From: an uncultured bacterium
GTDB lineage: Bacteria; Krumholzibacteriota; Krumholzibacteriia; JACNKJ01
Length of the DNA stretch: 64,000 bases
Assembly: GCA_963695095.1 (NCBI GenBank)
Contig: CAVOFT010000001.1
Span: 672,001-736,000, forward strand
Reading direction: 5' to 3'
Positions 10,066 to 20,601 of this stretch are shown one piece after another (position 1 is the stretch's first letter; each line of letters begins with the position of its first letter). Under the pieces are notes generated by a model. The model searched no databases and was not told the DNA's origin. It worked only from the letters and a program-made list of their open reading frames with translations. The position numbers and the translations under genes are program-made.

Positions 10066-11094
10066 ATGCGCGCTGAGGAGAGAGAGAGCTTCGCCGTCGG
10101 CGGCCAGGCGGTCATCGAAGGCGTCATGATGCGCGGGCGCGACTTCGTGGCCTGCGCCGTGCGCACGCCCGGCGGCGAGATCGTGCTCAAGAAGGAGCGC
10201 TTCCGGAGCGTGCTCGTCCGGCTCAAGCTGGCCAAGGTGCCCGTGGTGCGGGGCGCGATCGGCCTCGTCGAGACAATGGTGCTCGGCATGCGCATCCTCG
10301 GCTACTCGGCCGAGGTGGCGATGCCCGCCGCCGAGGACGAGTCGGCGCGGCGCCCGGGCGGCAGCCTCAAGGAGAAGATGGGCCTGGGCCTGACCATGCT
10401 GCTCGCCTTCGTGCTGGGCCTGGGGCTCTTCTTCTACATCCCGCTGGTGCTCACCGACCTCGTGCCCGGCACCGAAGGCAGCCTGGCCTTCAACATCGTC
10501 GACGGCATCTTCCGCCTGGTGATCTTCCTGCTCTACATCTGGGCGATCAGCCTGATGCGCGACATGCGCCGTGTCTTCGAGTACCACGGCGCCGAGCACA
10601 AGACGATCAACTGCTACGAGCAGCGGCGGCCGCTCACGCCGATCAGCATCAAGGCCTGCACCCGCTTCCACCCCCGCTGCGGCACCAGCTTCCTGTTGCT
10701 GGTGATGGTGGTTTCCATCCTCGTCTTCATGCCGCTGGGTCGTCCCGAGGGCGTGGGCGAGCGCCTGCTGCGCCTGGCCTTCGTGCCCCTGATCGGCGGC
10801 CTCTCCTACGAGCTGATCAAGCTGAGCGCCCAGGAGCGCTGGTTCCGCTGGCTGAAGCCGGTGGTCATGCCCGGGCTCTGGCTGCAGCGCCTGACCACGC
10901 GCGAGCCCGACCTCGAGCAGTGCGAGGTGGCCCTGCGCGCGCTGGCGGCCTGCCTGGAGCCCGCCGAGCTGGCCGCCTTGACCCCGTTCGAGGAGCCGGA
11001 CTTCTCGCCGCCGCCTGTGCACTACGAGGAAGGCGAGGCCGATCTCGAGGACGACGAGGACACGCGGCCGCGCCGCGAGGTGAACGCGGAATGA
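10066..11094 (+). CDS. DUF1385 family membrane protein
   Basis: [38 protein letters not shown]; usual position between rpmE and prfA. Confidence 0.9.
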   Translation: MRAEERESFAVGGQAVIEGVMMRGRDFVACAVRTPGGEIVLKKERFRSVLVRLKLAKVPVVRGAIGLVETMVLGMRILGYSAEVAMPAAEDESARRPGGSLKEKMGLGLTMLLAFVLGLGLFFYIPLVLTDLVPGTEGSLAFNIVDGIFRLVIFLLYIWAISLMRDMRRVFEYHGAEHKTINCYEQRRPLTPISIKACTRFHPRCGTSFLLLVMVVSILVFMPLGRPEGVGERLLRLAFVPLIGGLSYELIKLSAQERWFRWLKPVVMPGLWLQRLTTREPDLEQCEVALRALAACLEPAELAALTPFEEPDFSPPPVHYEEGEADLEDDEDTRPRREVNAE

Positions 11095-12170
11095 GGGACC
11101 TCCGCCCGCGGGTCCGTGAAATCCTGGAGCGGATGGCCGAGCTGGAGCAGCGCATGGTCGACCCGGCCGTGCTGGGCGACCGCCATCGCGCCAAGGAGCT
11201 GGGCGGCGAGCTGAAGCACCTGCAGGCCATCGCCCGCCCCGGCCGCCGCTACCTCGAACTGCAGGCAGCGCTCGCCGAAGCCCAGGAGCTGCTGCAAGGC
11301 GGCGACCCGGAGCTCAAGGAGCTGGCAGCGGCCGAGAAGAGCGCAGCCGAGGCCGCGCTGCCCGGCCTGGCCCTGGAGCTCGAGCGCCTGCTCATCCCCC
11401 GCGATCCGGACGACGACCGCAACCTGATCCTCGAAATCCGCGCCGGCACCGGCGGCGAGGAGGCCGGCCTCTTCGCCGCGGACCTGCTGCGCATGTACGA
11501 GCGCTACGCCGAGCGCCAGGGCTGGCGTCTCGAGGTGCTCAGCGTGAGCGAGGGCGCCGCCGCCGGCGGCCTCAAGGAAGTCACCGCCGCCGTGCGCGGC
11601 GAGGGCGCCTACGGGCGGCTCAAGTACGAGTCGGGGGTGCACCGCGTGCAGCGCGTGCCGGCCACCGAGTCGCAGGGGCGCATCCACACCAGCGCCGCCA
11701 GCGTGGCCGTGCTGCCCGAGGTGGACGAGGTCGAAGTGGAGCTGGACCCCAACGAGCTGCGCATCGATGTGTTCCGCTCCAGCGGACCCGGCGGCCAGAG
11801 CGTGAACACCACCGACAGCGCCGTGCGCATCACGCACCTGCCCAGCGGCCTCGTCGTGAGCTGCCAGGACGAGAAGAGCCAGCACAAAAACAAGGCGAAG
11901 GCCTTGAAGATCCTTGCCGCCCGCCTCTACGACCTCAAGAAGAGCGAGCGCGACGCCGCGATCAGCGCCCAGCGGCGGGACATGGTGGGCAGCGGCGACC
12001 GCTCCGCGAAGATCCGCACCTACAACTTCCCGCAGAGCCGCATCACCGACCACCGCATCGGCTTCACCGCGCACAACCTGCCGGCGGTGCTGGAGGGCGA
12101 TCTCGACGAGTTGATGGACGCCCTCAAGCTCGATGTCCAGGAGCGCTTGCTCGCGGCGGAGGACGCGTGA
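11091..12170 (+). CDS. prfA: Peptide chain release factor 1
   Basis: [14 protein letters not shown] tripeptide (RF1 type), [20 protein letters not shown] overlap with upstream gene. Confidence 0.97.
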   Translation: MRDLRPRVREILERMAELEQRMVDPAVLGDRHRAKELGGELKHLQAIARPGRRYLELQAALAEAQELLQGGDPELKELAAAEKSAAEAALPGLALELERLLIPRDPDDDRNLILEIRAGTGGEEAGLFAADLLRMYERYAERQGWRLEVLSVSEGAAAGGLKEVTAAVRGEGAYGRLKYESGVHRVQRVPATESQGRIHTSAASVAVLPEVDEVEVELDPNELRIDVFRSSGPGGQSVNTTDSAVRITHLPSGLVVSCQDEKSQHKNKAKALKILAARLYDLKKSERDAAISAQRRDMVGSGDRSAKIRTYNFPQSRITDHRIGFTAHNLPAVLEGDLDELMDALKLDVQERLLAAEDA

Positions 12171-13078
12171 GCGAGGGGCTGCCGGAAGCCACCGAGCCGG
12201 TCTGGACCCTGCTCGAGGTGCTGGGCCCGGCGGCGGACTATCTGGCCGCGGTCGGCGTGGAGAACGCCCGCTTCGACGCCGAGTGCCTGCTGGGCAACGT
12301 GCTCGGGCTTTCGCGCCTGGACATCTACCTGCAATACGAGCGCGAGCTGACCGCGGAGGACCGCGCGACGTTCCGCACCCTGTTGCGCAGGCGCCGCGCC
12401 CGCGAGCCCCTTCAGCACATTCTCGGCGAGGTGGAGTTCTGCGGCCTCGCCTTCAGCGTGAAGCCCGGGGTCTTCATCCCGCGTCCGGAAACCGAGCAGC
12501 TGGCCGAACGCGTGCTTGCCCGCCTGGCGACGGACTTCCCCTCGGGCGGCGGTCGCCTGGGCAACCATCCCCTGCGCGGGCTCGAGCTGGGTGTGGGCAG
12601 CGGGGTGATCGCCGTCAGCCTGGCGGTGAAGCGGCCGGACCTGAACATCTGGACCAGCGACATCGCGCCGGCGGCGCTCGCGCTGGCGGCGGCGAATGCC
12701 AGGCGCCACGGCGTCGAGGCGCGGGTGGACCTGCAGGCCACCGATGGCCTGCCCCGCGACAACGGCGGTCTCGTGCATCTGGTGGTGAGCAATCCGCCCT
12801 ACGTGCGCCTTGATGAGGCCCCGCTCCTGGCGCCCGAGGTGGCGGACTACGATCCGCCCGAGGCGCTCTTCGGCGGCGAGGATGGACTCGACTACTACCG
12901 GCGCTTGACCGCCGAGGCGCCCGCCCGCCTGGTGCCGGGCGGACTGCTGGCGATGGAGATCGGCGCCGACCAGGGCGAGGCCGTCAAGGCCATCGTCAGC
13001 GCGGCCGGCTTCGCCGACGTCGAACTCGAGCAGGACTACAGCCGCCGCGACCGCTTCGTCTTCGCCCGCAAGGCCTGA
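12167..13078 (+). CDS. prmC: Release factor glutamine methyltransferase
   Basis: [27 protein letters not shown]. Confidence 0.95.
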   Translation: MSEGLPEATEPVWTLLEVLGPAADYLAAVGVENARFDAECLLGNVLGLSRLDIYLQYERELTAEDRATFRTLLRRRRAREPLQHILGEVEFCGLAFSVKPGVFIPRPETEQLAERVLARLATDFPSGGGRLGNHPLRGLELGVGSGVIAVSLAVKRPDLNIWTSDIAPAALALAAANARRHGVEARVDLQATDGLPRDNGGLVHLVVSNPPYVRLDEAPLLAPEVADYDPPEALFGGEDGLDYYRRLTAEAPARLVPGGLLAMEIGADQGEAVKAIVSAAGFADVELEQDYSRRDRFVFARKA

Positions 13079-13138
13079 TGCCGCTGGGGCCTTGCCGCGG
13101 CGCCCGGGCCCACCGCCTGTTCTGTGCGTCCGGCCGAC

Positions 13139-13154
13139 CCGCCCCCGGGGGCGG
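13139..13154. repeat. 16-bp palindrome CCGCCCCCGGGGGCGG, copy 1
   Basis: Same 16-mer at 32670 and 45301; here within a longer hairpin 13132-13161 between convergent genes. Confidence 0.55.
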
Positions 13155-13182
13155 ATCGGCCCCCGGGGACGAATGCGCTTGC

Positions 13183-13698
13183 CTACCTGGGCACCCAGGC
13201 GAGATCCAGGATCGTGAAGGTCGGATTCCGCGTCTCGAAGACGGGCTTGATCGGCAAGCCGATCTCCGGCTTCGCGTCGCGGAGCTGGCTCATGATGATC
13301 GTGGCCACGCCCTCGATCTCCACCGAGATCAGCTCGCAGGGCATCGGCACGCGATTGAAGGCGCCCGGATGGGCCACGGTGATGTGCGTGTGGATCTTCC
13401 CCTTCTTGCTCGCCAGCTCGGTGATGTCGTGCCAGGCCATCCGCTCCAGGCAGTCCGGGCAGTAGACGCGCGGCGGCAGCATGTAGCGCTTGTCCGTTCC
13501 CGCCACCTCGCACTGCGCGTTCTCGCAGCGCGTCGCCATCAGCCGGCCTTCGGCGAGGCCCTTGAAGAAGGGCGTCTCACCGCCGTAGGTGTGCACGTGA
13601 ATGGGCGCGCGCGGCTTCTCGATGACCATCGGTTCGAGGCGGCGGAGCACGGTCGCGCCGGGGTTGAGGTTGTTGTATTCGTACTCATGCTTGGACAT
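13183..13698 (-). CDS. DUF35 family Zn-ribbon/OB-fold protein
   Basis: FFKGLAEGRLMATRC..C..PPRVYCPDC followed by OB fold; directly downstream of thiolase. Confidence 0.88.
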   Translation of the reverse strand: MSKHEYEYNNLNPGATVLRRLEPMVIEKPRAPIHVHTYGGETPFFKGLAEGRLMATRCENAQCEVAGTDKRYMLPPRVYCPDCLERMAWHDITELASKKGKIHTHITVAHPGAFNRVPMPCELISVEIEGVATIIMSQLRDAKPEIGLPIKPVFETRNPTFTILDLAWVPR

Positions 13699-13708
13699 GA
13701 TCGCCTCC

Positions 13709-15172
13709 CTACTTCTTGATCACCGCGCTGGGGTGCATCAGGATCGAGCAAGTGACGTGCGAACCGACGCCGGCATGGCTGATGGCCAGGCCGCGCTTCG
13801 CGTTGGGGACCTGGAGGTTGACGAAGTCCTTCGGCTTCTCCTTGCCGAAGCGCTTCCACATCTCCGGCCGCTCGTGGAAGTAGGACCAGCGATTCTGCAG
13901 CTGCCAGAAGAGCTCGGCCACCTGCATGATGCCCGTGGCGCCCACGGCGTGCATGCAGCCGATCAGTCCGCCCGATAGGTTCGAGGGCAAGCGGCCCGGC
14001 TTGCCCGCGAGCTTGGCCGGGAAGGTGCCGTCCTTGGGGACGGTAAGGTAGGCGTCGCCGCTCTCGACGTAGCTGGGCCCGGAGCCGTAGGGCCTCAGCC
14101 CGATGTCCTCGTAGCTCTGGATGTCCGAGATCGTGAAGGCGTCGTGCAGCTCGATGAGATCGAGATCCTCGCAGGGGTCGTGGATGCCGGTCATGCCGTA
14201 GGCGTAGTAGGCCGCCATGCGCGCGGCGAGGAAGCCCGTGAAGCCCGGGTAGCGCTCGATCTTCTCCTTGCCGTACATCGACTTGTAAGCCTTCTTCACC
14301 TCGGCGTTGTCGCGCTCGGCGGGCAGCAGGGGAATTTCCATGTGCCGGCGGTCGGCCGTGCGCAGCGTGTGGCTGCCCGCGGCGATCCAGAAGCGCATCG
14401 GGTTGGCCGAGAGCTTGTAGGCGGTGTCCTCGTCGCAGAGCAGCACGCAGGAGGCGCCCACGCTCATCAGGCAGGCGTCGTAGAAGCGCAGCGGATCGGC
14501 GACGATGGGCGAGTTCTCGACGTCCTTGACCGTGATGCGCGCCGGCGCCTGGGCGAAGGGATTCGAGCAGGCGTAGCCGCGGTTCTTGACCGCGATCTTG
14601 GACATCGTGCGCCGGAAGGCGGGCGAGGACTTGCCGAAGGTCTTCCAGTAGCGCTGGGCCATGAGCGCGTAGTAGCCGGTGTAGATGTGGCCCAGCTCGG
14701 TCTCGTAGTCCTTGTCGGCGGCGGTGGCGATGTAGTGGTTGCCCGTCCAGGTGTCCACCTCGTCCATGCGCTCCCAGCCCATGACGAGGGCGCAGTCCGA
14801 GTAGCCGGAGGCCACCGCGTTGCAGCCCATCCAGAGCGCCGAGCCGCCCGTGGCGCCGCCGGTCTTGATGCCGACGTTGCCCAGGGGATCGAGGCCGAGC
14901 CGGTCGTGGATGACCGCCTCGCCGAGCAGCTGGTCGCCGAAGTGATCGGCGAAGTGGCCGTAGTAGCAGCTGTGGATGTAGCGCTTCAGCTCCTGGATGC
15001 CGTCGACCTTGAGCTTGTTCTCGAGCGCCATCATGCGGAAGGCCTCGACGCACAGCTCCTCGGTCTTCTTTTCCGGATAGGTCTTCCGGAAATCGCTTTG
15101 GCCGGCTGCGACGAGATAGACCGGGCGCATCTGCTTCGGCGTCGCGAGCTGCCTCTCTGAGAACTTGATCAT
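13709..15172 (-). CDS. SCP2/archaeal-type thiolase-fold protein lacking the nucleophilic Cys
   Basis: VKNR..NPFAQ, ELHDAF, NLSGGLIG.MHAVGATG; KTGGATGG in place of ExACASG; ATG 15172 after AGGAGG. Confidence 0.85.
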   Translation of the reverse strand: MIKFSERQLATPKQMRPVYLVAAGQSDFRKTYPEKKTEELCVEAFRMMALENKLKVDGIQELKRYIHSCYYGHFADHFGDQLLGEAVIHDRLGLDPLGNVGIKTGGATGGSALWMGCNAVASGYSDCALVMGWERMDEVDTWTGNHYIATAADKDYETELGHIYTGYYALMAQRYWKTFGKSSPAFRRTMSKIAVKNRGYACSNPFAQAPARITVKDVENSPIVADPLRFYDACLMSVGASCVLLCDEDTAYKLSANPMRFWIAAGSHTLRTADRRHMEIPLLPAERDNAEVKKAYKSMYGKEKIERYPGFTGFLAARMAAYYAYGMTGIHDPCEDLDLIELHDAFTISDIQSYEDIGLRPYGSGPSYVESGDAYLTVPKDGTFPAKLAGKPGRLPSNLSGGLIGCMHAVGATGIMQVAELFWQLQNRWSYFHERPEMWKRFGKEKPKDFVNLQVPNAKRGLAISHAGVGSHVTCSILMHPSAVIKK

Positions 15173-15475
15173 GTGCCCTCCTGACACGTCTCGGCGTCGC
15201 CGCGCGGGCAGCGAACCGCATTCTGGGAACGCTCGTCTTGGCGCTCGGCAGCGCGATGCGTCGCGAGCGACGCGCTCGATAGTACATCATCGACTTGTCC
15301 GTCTGGAATCAGAATCGCCGGATTCGCCCGCGTCCCCTCCCGAATCCGGCCGCGCCCGGGGCGAGAGAGCCTGAGGCTTTTCATCGACCCCCGCGGCAGC
15401 CCTTTCCTGTCGCCAAAGCGCCGGCGCGGTGCTAAACAGGAGCTGCCAGCGCCGCGGGCGCTCCCGGAGGCAGCC

Positions 15476-16744
15476 ATGGAACGCTTCGTCATCGAAGGCC
15501 CGGTCAAGCTCACCGGCCGCGTGCGCGCCGGCGGCTCCAAGAACACGGCCCTGCCGCTGCTGTGCGCGGCCCTGCTCGCGCCCGGCGAGAGCCGGCTGAC
15601 GAACGTGCCCCGTCTGCGCGACATCCGCACGATGATCCGCGTGCTGGAGACCCTGGGCGCGCGCTGCGTCCACGACGGCCACGAGCTGAGCATCGACGCC
15701 ACCGACCTGCCCGGCCGCGAGGCGCCCTACGAGCTGGTCAAGACGATGCGCGCCTCGGTCTACGTGCTGGGTCCCCTGCTCGCGCGCTTCGGCGAGGCGC
15801 GGGTGAGCCTGCCCGGCGGCTGCGCCTGGGGGCCGCGCCCCGTGGACCTGCACCTGATGGGCATGGAGCGCCTGGGCGCCCGCGTGGACCTGGAGCACGG
15901 CTACATCCAGGCCTCGCTGCCGCCGGGCGGGCAGCTCAAGGGCGCCGAGATCAGCTTCAAGATCTCGAGCGTGGGGGCCACGGCCAACGTGATGATGGCC
16001 GCGGTGCTCGCCAAGGGCCGCAGCGTGCTGCACAATGCCGCGCGGGAGCCGGACGTGGTGGCCCTGGCCAACGGCCTCGTGCGCATGGGGGCGAAGATCA
16101 GCGGCCAGGGCACGGACGCGATCACCATCGACGGCGTGGAGGCCCTCTCGCCGCTCGCGATGAGCGTGCCCTCGGATCGCATCGAGGTGGGCACCTTCCT
16201 CGCCGCCGCGCCCATCACTCGCGGCCGGGTGCGCGTCGAGAACTGCATCCCGGGCGAGCAGGTCGCGCTGCTGGACCTGCTCAGGCAGGGCGGCCTCGGC
16301 GTGAGCGCGGGCGACGACTGGGTGGAGGTGGACGCCACCGGCGGCCGGCTCAAGGGCCTCGAGGTGATCACGGCGCCCTACCCGGGCTTTCCCACCGACA
16401 TGCAGGCCCAGATCATGGCCGCCTGCGCCATCGCCGACGGCGTGAGCACGCTCACCGAGACCATCTACCTGGACCGCTTCACGCACGTGGCCGAGCTGCG
16501 CCGCCTGGGCGCCCAGATCCGCCTGGACGGCAACGTGGCCGTGGTGCGCGGGGCCGAGCGCCTCTCGGGCGCGCCCGTGATGGCCACGGACCTGCGCGCG
16601 AGCGCGGCGCTGATCCTGGCCGGCTGCGGCGCCCACGGCGTGACGACGCTCTCGCGCATCTACCACATCGACCGCGGCTACGAGCGCATCGAGGAGAAGC
16701 TGGCCGCCCTCGGCGCCAGGATCCGCCGCGAAGACGAGCCGTGA
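15476..16744 (+). CDS. murA: UDP-N-acetylglucosamine 1-carboxyvinyltransferase
   Basis: GSKN, LPGGCAWGPRPVD (catalytic Cys kept), YPGFPTDMQ, ATDLRA, HIDRGYE. Confidence 0.97.
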   Translation: MERFVIEGPVKLTGRVRAGGSKNTALPLLCAALLAPGESRLTNVPRLRDIRTMIRVLETLGARCVHDGHELSIDATDLPGREAPYELVKTMRASVYVLGPLLARFGEARVSLPGGCAWGPRPVDLHLMGMERLGARVDLEHGYIQASLPPGGQLKGAEISFKISSVGATANVMMAAVLAKGRSVLHNAAREPDVVALANGLVRMGAKISGQGTDAITIDGVEALSPLAMSVPSDRIEVGTFLAAAPITRGRVRVENCIPGEQVALLDLLRQGGLGVSAGDDWVEVDATGGRLKGLEVITAPYPGFPTDMQAQIMAACAIADGVSTLTETIYLDRFTHVAELRRLGAQIRLDGNVAVVRGAERLSGAPVMATDLRASAALILAGCGAHGVTTLSRIYHIDRGYERIEEKLAALGARIRREDEP

Positions 16745-18633
16745 AGTCCATCATCATCGGCACGGCCGGGCACGTGGACCACGGCAAGACGCGCCTGGTG
16801 GGCCGGCTCACGGGCACCAACACGGACCGGCTCAAGGAAGAGCAGCTGCGCGGCATCAGCATCGAGCTGGGCTTCGCCCGGCTCACCCTCGGCGACATCG
16901 AGGCCGGCATCGTCGACGTGCCCGGCCACGAGAAGTTCGTGCGCACGATGGTGGCCGGCGCGGGCGGCGTGGACCTCGCCCTGCTCGTCGTCGCCGCCGA
17001 CGAGGGCGTCATGCCCCAGACCCGCGAGCACGTCGAGGTGCTCGAGCTGCTCGGCGTGACGCACGGGCTCGTCGCCCTCACCAAGATCGACATGGTGGAC
17101 CCCGAGCTGGTCGAGATGGCCGCCGAGGACGTGCATGAGTACCTGGCCGGCACGGCGCTGGCCGGCGCGCCCGTGCTGCCTGTGTCCTCGGAAACCGGCG
17201 AGGGCCTGGACGCCCTGCGCGCGGCGCTGGCCCAGCTCGCCGCGGCCACGCCCGAGCGCGGCGGCCTGGGGCCCTATCGCCTGCCCATCGATCGCGTCTT
17301 CACCCTGGCCGGCATGGGCACCGTGGTGACGGGCACGAGCTGGAGCGGCAGCGTGCGCGTGGGCGACGCCCTGGAGCTCATGCCGCGCGGCCTCACGGTG
17401 CGCGTGCGCAGCCTGCAGGTGCACGACCAGTCCGTGGCGGAAGCCCATGCCGGCCAGCGCACGGCGCTGGCCATCCACGGCATCAAGCACGACGAGCTGG
17501 AGCGTGGCGAGGTGCTGGTCAGCCCCGGCCGCTTCCAGGCCGGCAACATGGTCACGCTGAAGCTGCGCTGCCTGGCGAGCTGCCCGTGGACGCTCAAGCA
17601 CCGCACGCGCCTGCGCTTCCACTTCGGCACGCAGGAGATCATCGGCCGCCTGGTGCTGCTGGACCGCGAGGCCCTGCGCGCCGGCGAGGAGTGCCTCGGC
17701 CAGGCGCGCCTGGAGTCGCCTGCGGTCTGCGCGCCGGGGGACCGGGTGATCGTCCGCTTCTACTCGCCGATGCACACGGTGGCCGGCGGCGAGGTGATCG
17801 AGGCCACCGCGCCCAAGCGCCGCCACGGCCGCGAGCGGGACCTCGAGGCCGTGAAGCTGAAGGAGGGGGGCGACGCGGCGGTCATCCTCGAGCGCGCGGT
17901 GCTCGACGCCGGTGCCGTCGGCCTCGCGGACAAGGACGCCGCGCTCCTCGTGGAGAAGTACCCGGGCGAGCATCCGCTGCCCGCGCTCGTCGAAGCCGGG
18001 CGCCTGCTCGCCCTCGGCAAGCGCCTCTTCCATGCGGACGCGGTGGAAGCGCTCGTCCTCGGCATCGCCGAGCGGGCGGCGCGTTTCCAAGCGGAGCACC
18101 CGCTCGCCTGGGGTCCGGCGCGGCAAAGCCTGCGCGCGGCCCTCGCCGCCGAGGTGCCGCAGGCCTCCTTCCAGCTCCTGCTCGAACACCTGGAACGCAC
18201 GGGGAGCCTGCGCCTGCGCGGCGAGAGCGTTCGTGTTGGTGCGGAGGATCCCACGCCCGCGGGGGCCGCGGCGGGCTGGGTGGAAAAGGCGGAGAGCGCC
18301 TGGCTGGCCGCCGGTCTTACGCCGCCGCCGCTGGCTACCTTCGCGGAACTCGGCGTGCCGGCCGGTCAGGTGCCGGACCTCATCGACTACTTGACGAGCA
18401 GCGGTCGCCTGCTGCGCGTGAACGCGGAGCTGCTCGTCCACGCCGAGGCCTTCGCGCGCCTGGTCGAGGGCCTGCGCGCCCTCTTCGCCGAGAAGGACGT
18501 GATCGCGGTGGGGGACGTGGGCGCGCGCCTCGAGGTGAGCCGCAAGTACTCGGTGCCCCTCCTCGAGTTGTGCGACAAGCTTGGATACACCGAGCGCCGC
18601 GAGGCCGAGCGCCGGCGCGGGCCCAAGCTCTGA
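16741..18633 (+). CDS. selB: Selenocysteine-specific translation elongation factor
   Basis: GTAGHVDHGKT, RGISIELGF, DVPGHEKF, TKID, C-terminal winged helices ending SRKYSVPLLE; GTGA overlap with murA. Confidence 0.94.
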   Translation: MKSIIIGTAGHVDHGKTRLVGRLTGTNTDRLKEEQLRGISIELGFARLTLGDIEAGIVDVPGHEKFVRTMVAGAGGVDLALLVVAADEGVMPQTREHVEVLELLGVTHGLVALTKIDMVDPELVEMAAEDVHEYLAGTALAGAPVLPVSSETGEGLDALRAALAQLAAATPERGGLGPYRLPIDRVFTLAGMGTVVTGTSWSGSVRVGDALELMPRGLTVRVRSLQVHDQSVAEAHAGQRTALAIHGIKHDELERGEVLVSPGRFQAGNMVTLKLRCLASCPWTLKHRTRLRFHFGTQEIIGRLVLLDREALRAGEECLGQARLESPAVCAPGDRVIVRFYSPMHTVAGGEVIEATAPKRRHGRERDLEAVKLKEGGDAAVILERAVLDAGAVGLADKDAALLVEKYPGEHPLPALVEAGRLLALGKRLFHADAVEALVLGIAERAARFQAEHPLAWGPARQSLRAALAAEVPQASFQLLLEHLERTGSLRLRGESVRVGAEDPTPAGAAAGWVEKAESAWLAAGLTPPPLATFAELGVPAGQVPDLIDYLTSSGRLLRVNAELLVHAEAFARLVEGLRALFAEKDVIAVGDVGARLEVSRKYSVPLLELCDKLGYTERREAERRRGPKL

Positions 18634-19335
18634 TCAGTAGAGCGCCTTCACCTGGCCCCAACTTGAGGCGTTGACCGCCGTCGTGCAGGGTTCGCTGACG
18701 ATGACGTCGAACTCGCCGACATTGTTGAGCCAGGTGGTGCTGTCCATGGTGCCGAGAAACAGGCGTGTGGCGCCCACGGGAATCTCCACCTGCTGTACAA
18801 CGCCCGTAGAAGTCAGACCATCGCCAATGAAGAACACCTGCTTCAGCACGGGCGAGAGCGTGAGATAATCGCGGCTATCCACTGTGCTGAAATCGAGGTA
18901 GGGCGGCTCTGGAGTCGTATCAGGTTGCGAATCGTCGAGAAAGACCCCGAGCAGGCAGTTGTAGGGAGCGATGACGTCCGAGATGCCGTTCTCGCCGAGG
19001 TCATTGTCCCAATTGTGGTTGGTCGCATAGCTGCCATCAGGTGGCGAGGTCGGTGTCCCGGGGCAGTTCAGGACGCTGCCCGTGACTTGAAACGTCAGGG
19101 GCTCGCCCTCAGTGATGCAGAGGCCGGCCACGAGCTGAGGTGACTGCGCCGGCGCGCTATCACACCCCTCGGGCTCCCAGCAACTGGCGATCGAGCCGTC
19201 CGGCATCCCTGCGAGCCAGGGGTCCGAGTAGCCCGGAACGATCAGCTGGACGGAGATGTCCCCGCTGGCGGGGCCCGGAAAGGCCATCGGCAGGACAGCG
19301 GCGATCAGGAACACAGCCCACCGCTGTGTGCACAT
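18634..19335 (-). CDS. Secreted hypothetical protein with C-terminal SSWGQVKALY tail
   Basis: Signal peptide (WAVFLIAAVLPMAFPGPASG); beta-rich body with QVFFIGDG..GATRLFLG; start could be 19335 or 19365. Confidence 0.7.
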   Translation of the reverse strand: MCTQRWAVFLIAAVLPMAFPGPASGDISVQLIVPGYSDPWLAGMPDGSIASCWEPEGCDSAPAQSPQLVAGLCITEGEPLTFQVTGSVLNCPGTPTSPPDGSYATNHNWDNDLGENGISDVIAPYNCLLGVFLDDSQPDTTPEPPYLDFSTVDSRDYLTLSPVLKQVFFIGDGLTSTGVVQQVEIPVGATRLFLGTMDSTTWLNNVGEFDVIVSEPCTTAVNASSWGQVKALY

Positions 19336-19642
19336 CGAGGTTCGCACATCACACCATCCTTCCACACTCCACCACGCTGAAGTCTCGGCAGCGGCATCAG
19401 GCGTCCCGCCGGCACTCAGGGAGTCGGCTCATCACGCCGCCGCCAGATCGGATCGCGTACCCAGGCCGTGAGTATAGTCCCGTTTCGGGCGCGGGTAAAG
19501 ACGGCCCGGCGAGAGGGCGCGCTCTGCGCACAACGTCACCGCCTTCCGTTGCCGGCCGCGACTGCGGACTCCCAATCCTGCCAGCGGTCATCCGCCGCCA
19601 TTTGTGCTACCATGCCGCCGGGCTCAACAGGGGAGGTACCCG

Positions 19643-20584
19643 ATGAAGGTCGGTATCGTCGGGGCCGGCATGGTCGGCAGCACCGCCGCCTATGCGATGG
19701 TGATGAAGGGCGTCGGCCGCGAGATCGTCATGGTCGACATGAGCCGCGAGCGCGCCCAGGCGCAGGCGGATGACATCTCGCACGCCATTCCCTTCGCCCA
19801 CCCGCTGGACATCCGCGCGGGCGACTACCAGGACCTGGCGGGCAGCCGGGCCGTGGTCATCGCCGCCGGCGTCAGCCGCAAACCCGACGAAACGCGCGCG
19901 CAGCTCCTGGCGCGCAATGCGGCCATCTTCCGCGAGGTCGTGCCGCAGGTGCTGGCGCACGCGCCCGTGGCCGTACTGGTCATCGCCTCGAATCCGGTCG
20001 ACGTGATGACCCATCTGACCGCCCGGCTGGCGGCCGCTGCCGGCGTGCCGGCGAGCCGCGTCTTCGGGTCGGGGACCACGCTCGACACCGCGCGCTTCCG
20101 CGCCCGGCTCAGCGATCAACTCGGCGTCGACCCGCAGCACGTGCACGGCTACGTCGTCGGCGAGCACGGCGACTCGCAGGTGCTCACCTGGTCGCAGGTC
20201 ACCGTCGGCGGCGTCCACCTCGCCGACTACTGCCGGATGCGGGGCATCCCCTTCAGCGAGGCGATTCAAGCGGACATCGACAAGGGCGTGCGCTTCGCGG
20301 GCCGCTCGATCATCGCCGGCAAGGGGGCGACCTACTACGGCATCGGCAGCGCACTGGCCAAGATCGTGCACGTCATCGGGCACGACCAACGCTCGATCAT
20401 GACGGTCTGCACGCCCCAGGCCGAGGTGGCCGGCGTGGCGGACGTGACCGTCTCGCTGCCGCAACTGCTCTGCGGCGAGGGCGTGGTGACTACCCTGCCC
20501 CTGCTGCTCAACGGCGAGGAGACAGTGGCGCTCGCCGCCAGCGCGCAGACCGTGCGCGAGGCGATCGTCACCCTGGATCGGTGA
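19643..20584 (+). CDS. ldh: L-lactate/malate dehydrogenase family protein (LDH-like scaffold, Arg102)
   Basis: [38 protein letters not shown]; substrate specificity uncertain. Confidence 0.8.
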   Translation: MKVGIVGAGMVGSTAAYAMVMKGVGREIVMVDMSRERAQAQADDISHAIPFAHPLDIRAGDYQDLAGSRAVVIAAGVSRKPDETRAQLLARNAAIFREVVPQVLAHAPVAVLVIASNPVDVMTHLTARLAAAAGVPASRVFGSGTTLDTARFRARLSDQLGVDPQHVHGYVVGEHGDSQVLTWSQVTVGGVHLADYCRMRGIPFSEAIQADIDKGVRFAGRSIIAGKGATYYGIGSALAKIVHVIGHDQRSIMTVCTPQAEVAGVADVTVSLPQLLCGEGVVTTLPLLLNGEETVALAASAQTVREAIVTLDR

Positions 20585-20601
20585 GATCCGGCGCAGCGAG
20601 G

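Noticed and set aside
15562..18633. 1023-aa ORF
   Set aside because: Out-of-frame read through murA; real selB starts at GTG 16741
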